Shown here: piece by piece, positions 54,296-64,000 of the stretch
Position numbering within the stretch: the first letter of the stretch is position 1
Layout of the letters: each line of letters opens with the position of its first letter
Assembly (NCBI GenBank): GCA_963712775.1
Contig: CAVQJG010000005.1
Coordinates: 266,002 to 330,001, forward strand
From: Ilumatobacteraceae bacterium
GTDB lineage: Bacteria > Actinomycetota > Acidimicrobiia > Acidimicrobiales > Ilumatobacteraceae
Reading direction: 5' to 3'
DNA: 64,000 nucleotides
Made by a program: the position numbers and the translations under genes
The notes under the pieces: model-generated
The model's database searches: none
What the model was told of the DNA's origin: nothing
The model's input: the letters and a program-made list of their open reading frames with translations, nothing else

Positions 54296-54455
54296 CGTTC
54301 GCTTTCCTCGTTGGACGCCTCGGTCGACTCGACCGGTTCGTGGGTGGGTTCGCGCCCGCAACCGAGCCGAGCCCGGCCACAAGGGCTGCATCACGTTATC
54401 GGCGCCACACCCCAATGACCCCCCGGGTCTCCCGAGCGCCCGGTCGAGGCGGCGC

Positions 54456-54971
54456 TCAGGCCTCGTCGTCGGGGACGAAGCCCTCCAGTGCGGCCCAACG
54501 GTCGTCTCGAACGGTCGGATCGCACTCGCACTCGGTCGTGTTGCGGTCGACGCCACACACCGGACACAGCCCGGCGCACTCCTCGCGGCACTGCCGTTCG
54601 AGATCGAGTTCGATCAGCACCGTCTCGCGCACCAACGGCACGAGGTCGAGCTGGCCGTCCTCGATCAGGTAGGCGTCGGGGTCGAGCGGTTGGATCTGGT
54701 ACAGCTCGTCGACCTCGCCGCGCGCGACCCCGGCCACGTCGGCGAGGCACCGCCGACACACCGTCGCCCACCGCGCCGACACGGTTCCGGTGACCTTGAT
54801 CCCGTCGTTGAGCGCCTCCAGGCGCAGCTCGACGTGGACATCACCATCGAGTCGTTCGTGCAGCGCGTCGAGCGGAGCGGCCTCGACCACGACGTCGACG
54901 TCTCGAACCGCGCCCGGCTGACGAAGCAGTTCGACCGCGTTGATCCGCAGTGGACGCAACTCGTCGACCAT
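54456..54971 (-). CDS. DUF177 (YceD-like) protein
   Basis: ATG 54971. ..[40 protein letters not shown] is the typical YceD Cys pattern, in the conserved position upstream of rpmF. Confidence 0.85.
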   Translation of the reverse strand: MVDELRPLRINAVELLRQPGAVRDVDVVVEAAPLDALHERLDGDVHVELRLEALNDGIKVTGTVSARWATVCRRCLADVAGVARGEVDELYQIQPLDPDAYLIEDGQLDLVPLVRETVLIELDLERQCREECAGLCPVCGVDRNTTECECDPTVRDDRWAALEGFVPDDEA

Positions 54972-55023
54972 CACGCTCCCGCCAACCCGGTCGCACACTC
55001 CGTCGCCACGCCGTCGCCCGAGA

Positions 55024-55632
55024 TCAGTGGTCCTGGTCGAAGAAACCCTTGGTCGGGTCGTCCTCTTCCTCGATGACGGCGTCGTGCTCGGGCGCGGTTC
55101 CGATCGAGAGCCGCTGGCGGCCTGCGCCGACGGTCTTCTGCAGCTTGTCGAGCAGGATCTCGAACGAACCGAGCCGCTGGTCGAGGAAATCCTCGGTCTC
55201 GTGCCGGAGGCGGCGGGAGTCGGCCTCGGCGGTCTCCATCACCTGGCGCGCCCGCTGTTCGGCGGCGCGCACGACCTCGGTGCGCTGCACCATGCGTTCG
55301 GCACGCACACGTGCGGCTTCGAGCAACTCGTCGGCTTCGCGACGGGTCTTGGCCACGAACTCCTGGCGCTCCTTGAGCATCCACCGGGCCTGACGGAGTT
55401 CCTCGGGGAGCCGGTGCAACGACTCCTCCAACAGTTCGATGATCTCGTCGCGGTCGATGCGCGGCGACGACGACAACGGCATCGTCGGCGCTGTGGCCAC
55501 GATGTCGATCGCCCGCCGCAGCAGCGTTTCGGCGTCGCCGACGTACCCGCCCGGAACGCCGGGCTCGGGGTATTCGTCGTCGATGTCGTCGTAGTCGTCG
55601 TACTGCCCGCCGTCGCGGTCGTCGTAGCTCAT
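55024..55632 (-). CDS. hypothetical coiled-coil protein with acidic termini
   Basis: 202 aa. Asp/Tyr-rich N-terminus, central long helical region (ELRQARWMLKERQEFVAKTRREADELLEAARVRAERMVQRTEVVRAAEQRARQVMETAEAD). Lies between coaD and DUF177. Confidence 0.65.
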   Translation of the reverse strand: MSYDDRDGGQYDDYDDIDDEYPEPGVPGGYVGDAETLLRRAIDIVATAPTMPLSSSPRIDRDEIIELLEESLHRLPEELRQARWMLKERQEFVAKTRREADELLEAARVRAERMVQRTEVVRAAEQRARQVMETAEADSRRLRHETEDFLDQRLGSFEILLDKLQKTVGAGRQRLSIGTAPEHDAVIEEEDDPTKGFFDQDH

Positions 55633-55638
55633 GGTTGC

Positions 55639-56145
55639 TCAGTTCTGCTCACCGTCGAACGTGCGACGGAGTGCGTCGGCGACGATCGCCGGCACGAGGT
55701 GATCGATCGCTCCACCGTACTTCGCGATCTCCCGCACGAAGCGGCTGCTGATGTACCCCAGCTCGGGGCGGCAGGGAAGATACACCGTTCGAACGCCCGT
55801 CACCGCGTAGTTGTTGTGGGCCATCTGCTGCTCGATCTCGAAGTCGCCGGCGGTCCGCAGCCCCTTGACGATGAAGTCGACGTCAGCTCGTTGCGCCGCT
55901 TGGACGGCGAGACCGGTGTGAGCCACCACCGAGACGCCGTCGAGATGGGCGAGGGCCTGCCGTGCCAGTTCGAGGCGCTCGTCGACAGGGAACAGGCCGG
56001 ACGGCTTTGCGAGATTGTGCATCACGGCGACGACGACGGTGCCGAAGAGTTCGCACGCCTGCTCGATGATGTCGACGTGTCCGAGGTGGATCGGGTCGAA
56101 GCTCCCCGGGTACAGCACCCGGGCGGTGGTGTTGCCGCCAGTCAT
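55639..56145 (-). CDS. coaD: phosphopantetheine adenylyltransferase
   Basis: ATG 56145 overlaps the rsmD stop. VLYPGSFDPIHLGHVDIIEQA..FIVKGLR..YISSRFVREIAKYGG. Confidence 0.95.
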   Translation of the reverse strand: MTGGNTTARVLYPGSFDPIHLGHVDIIEQACELFGTVVVAVMHNLAKPSGLFPVDERLELARQALAHLDGVSVVAHTGLAVQAAQRADVDFIVKGLRTAGDFEIEQQMAHNNYAVTGVRTVYLPCRPELGYISSRFVREIAKYGGAIDHLVPAIVADALRRTFDGEQN

Positions 56146-56684
56146 TCGAGGTCCGACCCTACAGCGACCGGCACGGTGCGTTCGAGGAACGTGACCCGTG
56201 TGCGCCCGTACCGCTTCGTGCGAGCGACCGACCAGCCGGCCGGCGGTTCGATCTCGGCACCGGACTCGGCGACGACGAGGTCGGAGGTGACGCGTCCGAG
56301 GAGGTCGCTCCACCCGTCGAAGTCGTAGGGCGGGTCGGCGAACACGATGTCGGCGTCGATGGTTCCGGCAGCCGTCGCGGCGTCGGCAGCCATCACGCGG
56401 CTGCGGTCGCGCAGATCGAGCGCGTCGAGGTTGTCGTCGAGTGCGCGCAACGCAGCGCGGTCGCGCTCGACGAACACACAGTGCGCCGCACCGCGCGACA
56501 GCGCCTCGATTCCGATCGCCCCGCTGCCGGCGAAGAGATCGGCGACGATCGCACCGTCGAGCACCCCGGCGCTGCCCAACGAGTTGAAGACCGCCTCGCG
56601 GACCCGATCGGTGGTCGGCCTCGTCGACGTGCCGTCGGGCGCGACGAGTCGTCGTCCACCGAGTTCACCTGCAACCACGCGCAT
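56142..56684 (-). CDS. rsmD: 16S rRNA (guanine966-N2)-methyltransferase RsmD
   Basis: ATG 56684. MRVVAGELGGRRL..TRPTTDRVREAVFNSL..DLFAGSGAIGIEALSRGA..VFADPPY. Confidence 0.9.
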   Translation of the reverse strand: MRVVAGELGGRRLVAPDGTSTRPTTDRVREAVFNSLGSAGVLDGAIVADLFAGSGAIGIEALSRGAAHCVFVERDRAALRALDDNLDALDLRDRSRVMAADAATAAGTIDADIVFADPPYDFDGWSDLLGRVTSDLVVAESGAEIEPPAGWSVARTKRYGRTRVTFLERTVPVAVGSDLE

Positions 56685-56742
56685 CTCCGGAACGATACGA
56701 GCAGATGCACGCCACGGCGGCGCCACCGGCAAGACTGGTGTC

Positions 56743-56949
56743 GTGTTGAGGCCGACGCCCGAAATCATCTGCATCGACTGCGGCGGCCGCTGCTTCCTGC
56801 TCACCCACCCGCCCGAGGACGGGATCTGGGAGCCCGGCGACGTGATCGCCTACCGCTGCGAGGACTGCCTCGATCGCTGGGATCTCGTCATGTCCGACGA
56901 GGACGACGCCGAAATCGCCCGCGGTGACACCCCACCCGCGTCCTCGTGA
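56743..56949 (+). CDS. small hypothetical zinc-ribbon-like protein (~68 aa)
   Basis: C-terminal part of + ORF 56347..56949 starting at GTG 56743 (or TTG 56746). VLRPTPEIICIDCGGRCFLLTHPPEDGIWEPGDVIAYRCEDCLDRWDLVMSDEDD has two CxxC pairs and strongly G/C third positions. Divergent from rsmD. Confidence 0.55.
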   Translation: MLRPTPEIICIDCGGRCFLLTHPPEDGIWEPGDVIAYRCEDCLDRWDLVMSDEDDAEIARGDTPPASS

Positions 56950-56987
56950 ACTCGTGCGCGAGCACTCCCCGCACGAGTTCCCGAGAA
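56941..56987. terminator. palindromic element family A copy 3 (TCCTCGTGAAC...GTTCCCGAGAA outer arms)
   Basis: Perfect inner stem GAACTCGTGCG (56948-58) / CGCACGAGTTC (56970-80). The outer arms resemble copies 1 and 2. Lies between a convergent small ORF (its TGA is inside the arm) and the recG stop (57004). Confidence 0.5.
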
Positions 56988-57003
56988 CGGGTGGTCGGGG
57001 CCG

Positions 57004-59142
57004 TCAGCTCTTGGAGAGGAAGGCTTCGTCGCGCTCGCTGAACAACAGGGCGAGCTCGTCGGCGAGCTCGGGGTGGGCTGCGAGGTCGGGGTCGGCGTCG
57101 ACGATCTCGAACGCGACCTCGCGGGCGAGCTCGACCAGATTCCGGTCGCGGCGAAGCGATGCCAGCTTGAGGTCGCTGCGGCCCTTCTGCGACGTCGACA
57201 TCAACGTCCCCTCACCGCGCAGATCCAGGTCGACCTCCGCGAGTTCGAACCCGTCGGTGGTCGCCACCAGCGCCTCCACGCGCGGGTTGCCGGCGCCGAT
57301 CTCGCCGTCGGCGGGCTGCTGGGTCACCAGCCAACACCTCGAGGTGTGGGCTCCGCGACCCACGCGACCGCGCAGCTGATGGAGCTGCGCGATCCCGAAC
57401 CGGTCGGCGTCGAGGATCGCCATCACGGTCGCGTTCGGCACGTCGACACCGACCTCGATCACCGTCGTCGCCACCAGCACGTCGAGCTGCCCCGTTCGGA
57501 ACGACTCCATCGTCGCCTCCTTCTCGGCCGACGTCAGCCGACCGTGCAGCAGACCGAGCCGGAGACCCGCGAGTTCGACGGCAGCGAGCCGCTCGAACGT
57601 CTCCTCTGCGGAGGCGACCTCGAGCTTCTCGCTCTCGCCGATCAACGGACACACCACGTAGGCCTGACGGCCGGCGGCCACCTCGTCGCGGATGTCGGCC
57701 CACACCTCGGCCTCGAGCAACGGTCCCTCCGCCCACTTCGTGAGGATCGGCGTCCGGCCCGGCGGAAGCTCGTCGAGGACGCTCACGTCGAGATCGCCGT
57801 ACACGGTCATCGCCGCAGTGCGCGGAATCGGCGTCGCCGTCATCACGAGCATGTCCGGCACGGCTCCGCCCACGGTCTTCGCGCGCAGCGCCGCTCGCTG
57901 CTCGACACCGAAACGGTGCTGCTCGTCGACGACGACCGCGCCGAGGCTCGCGAAGTCGACCGCGTCCTGGATCAGCGCGTGCGTGCCGATCACGATGTCG
58001 ACCGTGCCGTCGGCGAGCCCGGCGAGCACCTCTCGACGCTCGGCACCCGTGACCCGATTCGTCAACAACTCCACCCGCAACGGTCGATCGCCGAACAGGT
58101 TGCCGGGGTCGGGCACGCTCACGCCGGCGAGCAGCGCTCGTACGCCAGCGGCGTGTTGATCGGCGAGCACCTCGGTCGGCGCCATCAGCGCAGCCTGGTG
58201 ACCGCCCTGCACCGCGGCGAGCATCGTCGCCACCGCCACCACCGTCTTGCCCGAACCGACGTCGCCCTGCAGGAGGCGATGCATCGGGTGCGGCGCGGCC
58301 AGGTCTGCCTCGATCTCGCCGATCGCGCGACGTTGCGCGCCCGTCAGGTCGTACGGCAGCGCGTCGTAGAAGCGCCGCACCAGTTCGCCGTCGACGGCGT
58401 GCACGAGCCCGCGCTGTTCGCGTTCCATGGCCCGCTTGCGCAGCACCAGTACGAGCTGCACGCGGAGGAGTTCGTCGAACGCCAGGCGGCGCCGGGCCCG
58501 CTCCTTCTCGGCGATCGACTCGGGAAGGTGGATGCCGCCCAGTGCGTCGTAGCGCGCGAGGAGACCCAGACGCTCGCGGATGTCGGCCGGCAGCGGGTCG
58601 GCGATCCCGCGCTCACGAGACCGTCGCAGGGCCTCCTCCACCCACCCGGCGATCTCCCAGGTGTTCACCTGCGCCTTCTCGCTCTGCGGGTAGATCGGCA
58701 CGATACGACCGGTGCGGTCGCCGATGAGGTCGACGACGGGGTTCGACATCTGGAGCCCACCCCGATACACGTCGGCCTTGCCGAAGAGCGCGATCTGCAA
58801 GCCCTCGCGGAGCTGACGTTCCCGCCACGGCTGATTGAAGAACACCACCTCCATCCGACCCGACCCGTCACCGACGTTCGCGGTGACCATCGTTCGGCGG
58901 TTGCGGGTGGTGCGCTTCGTCACCGAGCGCACGGTCACGAGGACGAGCGCCTCGGTCCCCGGCACCAGGTCGGCGATGCGCGCCTCGTTCGAGCGGTCGA
59001 CCCAGCGACGCGGGTAGAACGTGACCAGGTCGAGGAGGTTCTCGACGCCGAGCAGCGCGAGCGACGATCGCTTCTTGTCGCCGACACCTTTGAGTCGACC
59101 GACGTCGATGTCAGCGAGATCGCGCAGCGCCAGTGCGGTCAC
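57004..59142 (-). CDS. recG: ATP-dependent DNA helicase RecG
   Basis: GTG 59142 overlaps the upstream stop (GTGA). Wedge domain, then LLQGDVGSGKTVVA (Walker A), VVDEQHRFGV, MTATPIPRT, LHGRL..VATTVIEVGVDVPNA..QLHQLRGRVGRG. The upstream ~300 codons of the 1009-aa ORF are an artefact. Confidence 0.93.
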   Translation of the reverse strand: MTALALRDLADIDVGRLKGVGDKKRSSLALLGVENLLDLVTFYPRRWVDRSNEARIADLVPGTEALVLVTVRSVTKRTTRNRRTMVTANVGDGSGRMEVVFFNQPWRERQLREGLQIALFGKADVYRGGLQMSNPVVDLIGDRTGRIVPIYPQSEKAQVNTWEIAGWVEEALRRSRERGIADPLPADIRERLGLLARYDALGGIHLPESIAEKERARRRLAFDELLRVQLVLVLRKRAMEREQRGLVHAVDGELVRRFYDALPYDLTGAQRRAIGEIEADLAAPHPMHRLLQGDVGSGKTVVAVATMLAAVQGGHQAALMAPTEVLADQHAAGVRALLAGVSVPDPGNLFGDRPLRVELLTNRVTGAERREVLAGLADGTVDIVIGTHALIQDAVDFASLGAVVVDEQHRFGVEQRAALRAKTVGGAVPDMLVMTATPIPRTAAMTVYGDLDVSVLDELPPGRTPILTKWAEGPLLEAEVWADIRDEVAAGRQAYVVCPLIGESEKLEVASAEETFERLAAVELAGLRLGLLHGRLTSAEKEATMESFRTGQLDVLVATTVIEVGVDVPNATVMAILDADRFGIAQLHQLRGRVGRGAHTSRCWLVTQQPADGEIGAGNPRVEALVATTDGFELAEVDLDLRGEGTLMSTSQKGRSDLKLASLRRDRNLVELAREVAFEIVDADPDLAAHPELADELALLFSERDEAFLSKS

Positions 59143-60830
59143 TCGACTCCGAAGAGGTACGGATAGAGCGGCTGTCCGCCGCGGTGGACCTCGACGGCGA
59201 CATCGCCGCGATGATCGCCCAGCCACGCACGAATGGCGTCGGTGGTCGCGGCGTCGGCGTCGGTCCCGGTGATCACCGTCACGAGCTCGGCATCGTCTCC
59301 GACGATCCGGTCGAGCAGCGCCATGGCTGCGGCGTCGACCGTCGCCGCGACGGAACCGATGCCGTCGCCGCGGACGAGCCCGATCCACTCGCCGCGGGTG
59401 ACCGGGCCGGCAGCACTCGAACTGTCGCGCACCGCCTGGGTGATCTCTCCGGTCACCACGGACTCGGCCGATTCGGCCATGTCGGCGGCCGTGTCGACCG
59501 CATCGGCGTGAGGGTCGTAGACCACGAGCGCCGCCAGGGCCTCGGGCATCGACCGGGTCGGCACGACCACCACCGTCTTCTCCGTGAGGGCGCCGACCTG
59601 TTCGGCCACGGGGATGATGTTCTTGTTGTTCGGCAGGATCACGACCTGGTCGGCGTTCACCCGCTGCACCGTCTCGAGCAGCTCGGCCGTCGAGGGATTC
59701 ATCGTCTGACCGCCGGTGACCACACCTTGCACGCCGAGTTGCGCGAACAGTTCGACCAGGCCATCTCCGGAGCACACCGCCACCACGGCGGTCGTCACCT
59801 CGGGGAGCACGTCGGCCACCGGGGCATCGTGCGCGGTGACGGCCAGTTCGGCCTCGCGCTTCGCATGCTCCTCGTCGACCTCCTCGAACAGGTCGGTGAC
59901 CCGGATCGCCTTCGGGCGGCCGTCGAGTTCGAGGGCGAGTTCGATCGCTGCGCCGATCTCGTTGGTGTGGATGTGGCAGTTCCACAGCCCATCGCCGCCG
60001 ACGACGACGATCGAATCGCCGATCGAGCCCCATCCGGCCTTGAAGTCGCGGATCCGGTCGTCGGCGAGTTCGAGGAAGTACATGACCTCGTAACGCTGTT
60101 CGCTCACGTCGAGTTCGCCGGGGACCGACGCGTGACGATGAGCGACCGCGTCGAACGCCGCACCGACCGCACCCATCGTGCCGTCGTCGGGCTCGGCGAC
60201 CGGCAGCGGCTCACCGTCGACGACGTAGAGCAGCGAGTCGAGCAGGAGCAGGAAGCCCGCACCCCCGGCGTCGACGACACCCGCGTCCTTCAGCACCTGG
60301 AGCTGTTCGGGGGTGTTGTCGAGCGCGGTCTTGCCGGCGGCACGAGCCGCGCGGACGACGTCGACGAGGGACCCGCCGGCATCAGCGGAGACCTTCGCTG
60401 CCTCGGCGCTCTCTCGGCACACGGTGAGAATCGTGCCCTCGATCGGCTTCAGGACGGCTTCGTAGGCGCCGGTCGCGGCCGCTTGGAGGGCCTCGGCGAA
60501 CTTCGCCCCCTGCACGTCGGCGTGTTCCCTGAGCGTGCCCGCGAAACCCCGCATGATCTGGCTCAGGATCACGCCGCTGTTGCCTCGCGCACCCATCAGC
60601 GAGCCGTAGCTGATCGCCTCGCAGGTGGCGTCGTGATCGTTCTCGGCGGTGGTGTCCATCTCGGCGACGACGGCGTCGAGCGTGCGGGCCATGTTCGTCC
60701 CGGTGTCGCCGTCGGGAACGGGGTACACGTTCAGTCGGTTGAGGCCCGGCGCATGGTCGCGGACGGTGTCGCGAAAGGTCCGGACGGACTCGCGGAGCGC
60801 AGCGGTGTTCAACCGTTCCAGTGTCGGCAC
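59139..60830 (-). CDS. DAK2 domain fusion protein (YloV family)
   Basis: GTG 60830. [38 protein letters not shown]-terminal DegV-like half. Conserved position upstream of recG and divergent from rpmB. Confidence 0.88.
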   Translation of the reverse strand: MPTLERLNTAALRESVRTFRDTVRDHAPGLNRLNVYPVPDGDTGTNMARTLDAVVAEMDTTAENDHDATCEAISYGSLMGARGNSGVILSQIMRGFAGTLREHADVQGAKFAEALQAAATGAYEAVLKPIEGTILTVCRESAEAAKVSADAGGSLVDVVRAARAAGKTALDNTPEQLQVLKDAGVVDAGGAGFLLLLDSLLYVVDGEPLPVAEPDDGTMGAVGAAFDAVAHRHASVPGELDVSEQRYEVMYFLELADDRIRDFKAGWGSIGDSIVVVGGDGLWNCHIHTNEIGAAIELALELDGRPKAIRVTDLFEEVDEEHAKREAELAVTAHDAPVADVLPEVTTAVVAVCSGDGLVELFAQLGVQGVVTGGQTMNPSTAELLETVQRVNADQVVILPNNKNIIPVAEQVGALTEKTVVVVPTRSMPEALAALVVYDPHADAVDTAADMAESAESVVTGEITQAVRDSSSAAGPVTRGEWIGLVRGDGIGSVAATVDAAAMALLDRIVGDDAELVTVITGTDADAATTDAIRAWLGDHRGDVAVEVHRGGQPLYPYLFGVE

Positions 60831-60980
60831 GGTCGAGGAGCTTACGAGGCGCCGGAGCAGTCGGACGCCTCTGTGCCCATGCGACGATTCCCGAGCGTCG
60901 ACGACGACCGACGCGACCGACGGTCCTCGCCGATGCCCGTGTGGCGCCGACACATCGTCTTGGTAGCATTCCATGGCTGT

Positions 60981-61057
60981 CCCGACGGGCCCAAGACCTC
61001 GTCGGGCGACCGCGGGTCGAACAACGACCCGGGGAACGTGATCGAGCCGGGGTTCCC
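60981..61057 (+). other. three consecutive GC-rich hairpins in the probable rpmB 5' leader
   Basis: CCCGACG/CGTCGGG (60981-61006), CGGGTCG-aacaa-CGACCCG (61013-61031), GGGAAC/GTTCCC (61032-61057). Possible -10 TAGCAT at 60964-69. SD AGGAGA at 61068-73. Confidence 0.3.
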
Positions 61058-61078
61058 GGCGGCCCGCAGGAGACTCCA

Positions 61079-61270
61079 ATGGCATCGAAATGTGAAGTGT
61101 GTGGCAAGGGCCCGTCGTGGGGCATGTCGGTGTCGCACTCCCACCGCCGCACCAAGCGTCGCTGGAACCCGAACATTCAGCGGGTGCGCGCCAACGTCAA
61201 CGGCGCCGCCAAGCGCGTCAACGTGTGCACCGGCTGCATCAAGTCCGGCAAGATCGTCAAGGCCGGCTGA
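61079..61270 (+). CDS. rpmB: 50S ribosomal protein L28 (Cys-containing, zinc-ribbon form)
   Basis: ATG 61079. [58 protein letters not shown]. Confidence 0.95.
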   Translation: MASKCEVCGKGPSWGMSVSHSHRRTKRRWNPNIQRVRANVNGAAKRVNVCTGCIKSGKIVKAG

Positions 61271-61282
61271 GCGACCAGCGAC

Positions 61283-61504
61283 ATGCAGGGCGTCATCAAG
61301 GCCTACGACCCCGCAACCGGTGACGGACTCGTGATGTCCGACACCGACTTCAACGACTACGAGCTCGCCGCCGATGCACTCGACGGCTCGATCTTCCGCA
61401 TGCTCCGTCAGGGCCAGCGCGTGGTCTTCGAACTCGACGATGCCGGACAGGCCACCCGCCTGCGCCTCGGCTCCGAGGTCGACATGCAGACCCCCGGCGC
61501 CTGA
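61283..61504 (+). CDS. small hypothetical protein (73 aa), possibly OB/cold-shock-like
   Basis: [39 protein letters not shown]. Lies 12 nt after rpmB with coding-type GC3. The fold guess is weak. Confidence 0.6.
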   Translation: MQGVIKAYDPATGDGLVMSDTDFNDYELAADALDGSIFRMLRQGQRVVFELDDAGQATRLRLGSEVDMQTPGA

Positions 61505-61522
61505 CGCCGCCCCCGGCATCCC

Positions 61523-61541
61523 CCGAAGTCCTGACTTTCGG
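61523..61541 (+). terminator. hairpin CCGAAGTC-ct-GACTTTCGG followed by a T-containing tract
   Basis: Starts 19 nt after the stop at 61504. GC-rich extension on both sides, with downstream gtgtttcgtc. Confidence 0.4.
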
Positions 61542-61683
61542 CCCCCGGCTGTGTTTCGTCTGCGGCCCTGACGCGCCCTACGCTGGTTGGTGTACACGAG
61601 CCGGCACACGAGATCGGGCCGGTTCATCCCCGCAACACCCCCCAACACGAACTCAACCCTGGAACTCGACGAGGAGTCACGAG

Positions 61684-63480
<1,797 letters not shown>

Positions 63481-63500
63481 GCCGTCCGTCATGAGATCGC

Positions 63501-64000
63501 GTGCCTCGAGGTTCTGAGGTCACGCTCACCGGAGCGATCGCCATCGGGATCGGTGGCATGGTCGGCGGCGGGATCTTTGCCGTCCTGGGTGTGGCCGCCG
63601 AGCAGGCCGGCGGCGCGACGCCGATCGCGTTCGCCGTCGCCGGCGCCATCGCGGCGCTGACCGCGTACTCCTACTCGAAGCTCTCGGTCCGGTATCCCTC
63701 GGCTGGCGGGACCGTGACGTTCATCGATCGGATCTTCGGTGTCGAGCCGCTGACCGGTGGTGTCAACATCGTGCTCTGGGCCGGCTACATCGCGACGACG
63801 GGGCTCTACGCCGCTGCGTTCGGGCACTATGCAGCCACGTTGTTGCCGGGGAGCGCCGAGACCTCCGCGCTGGCGTTCAAGTCGCTCGCGGTGCTCGGTG
63901 TCCTGGTGCCGTGGATCATCAACCTCGCCAATGCCGGCCTGATCGCTCGAACCGAGCGTGCCGTCGTCGCACTGAAGCTGACGATCCTGCTGGTGGTGAT
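63501..64000 (+). CDS. APC-family amino acid permease, N-terminal part; runs off the right edge
   Basis: Not in the ORF track. My translation from GTG 63501: VPRGSEVTLTGAIAIGIGGMVGGGIFAVLGVAAEQAGGATPIAFAVAGAIAALTAYSYSKLSVRYPSAGGTVTFIDRIFG.. is the typical APC TM1-TM3 pattern. An in-frame TGA lies at 63492. Confidence 0.75.
   Translation, partial: MPRGSEVTLTGAIAIGIGGMVGGGIFAVLGVAAEQAGGATPIAFAVAGAIAALTAYSYSKLSVRYPSAGGTVTFIDRIFGVEPLTGGVNIVLWAGYIATTGLYAAAFGHYAATLLPGSAETSALAFKSLAVLGVLVPWIINLANAGLIARTERAVVALKLTILLVV

Noticed and set aside
56923-56946. GGTGACACCCCACCCGCGTCCT, which partially resembles the TGTGACACCCC element.
   Set aside because: It lies inside the small zinc-ribbon ORF, lacks the leading TGT and has no TAnnnT at the proper spacing. 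No gene lies downstream on that strand.
60931-60954. Minus-strand TGTGTCGGCG-CCACACGG-GCATCG upstream of the DAK2-recG operon. Its first block matches the mycobacterial RecA-NDp TGTCGGTG at 7/8.
   Set aside because: No TAnnnT hexamer occurs at the required 8-nt spacing (GCATCG, and shifts of +/-1 also fail). It also does not resemble the local TGTGACAC version.

Overview
Very GC-rich chromosomal core segment with actinobacterial gene content and order; assignment to a deep-branching class such as Acidimicrobiia is only a guess. It is almost wall-to-wall housekeeping genes. These run nrdR, a LysM gene and lexA; then hflX-dapF-miaA, chorismate mutase and miaB; then recA. After two tRNAs (Lys-CUU, His-GUG) come a sigK/rskA-like ECF pair, rpe and a two-subunit AddAB/AdnAB-like helicase-nuclease. 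A long Bacillus-like block follows: rplS-trmD-rimM-KH-rpsP-ffh...ftsY-smc-mutM-rnc-ACP-plsX-rpmF-DUF177-coaD-rsmD-recG-DAK2/rpmB. The window ends with pckG and a truncated APC permease. A truncated molybdopterin oxidoreductase at the left edge and the permease at the right edge are missing from the ORF track because they lack an in-window stop. I see no rRNA, CRISPR array, transposase, integrase, prophage or recognisable defence island, and no convincing novel multi-gene system. The signals worth a second look are regulatory or structural. (1) A near-identical TGTGACAC-N8-TACnnT element sits in front of recA and the helicase-nuclease operon. It has RecA-NDp/PafBC-type geometry with a variant half-site, alongside classical LexA boxes. 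(2) At least four families of intergenic palindromic or structured repeats are present. (3) A translationally coupled PhnZ-like HD gene and PMH-like sulfatase form a cassette. (4) The miaA P-loop lies upstream of any ATG/GTG/TTG. (5) Several mRNAs are probably leaderless. Many long ORFs in the track are antisense or N-terminally extended artefacts of the GC content, so I trimmed starts by motif and by 4-nt stop/start overlaps (12 such overlaps in the window).
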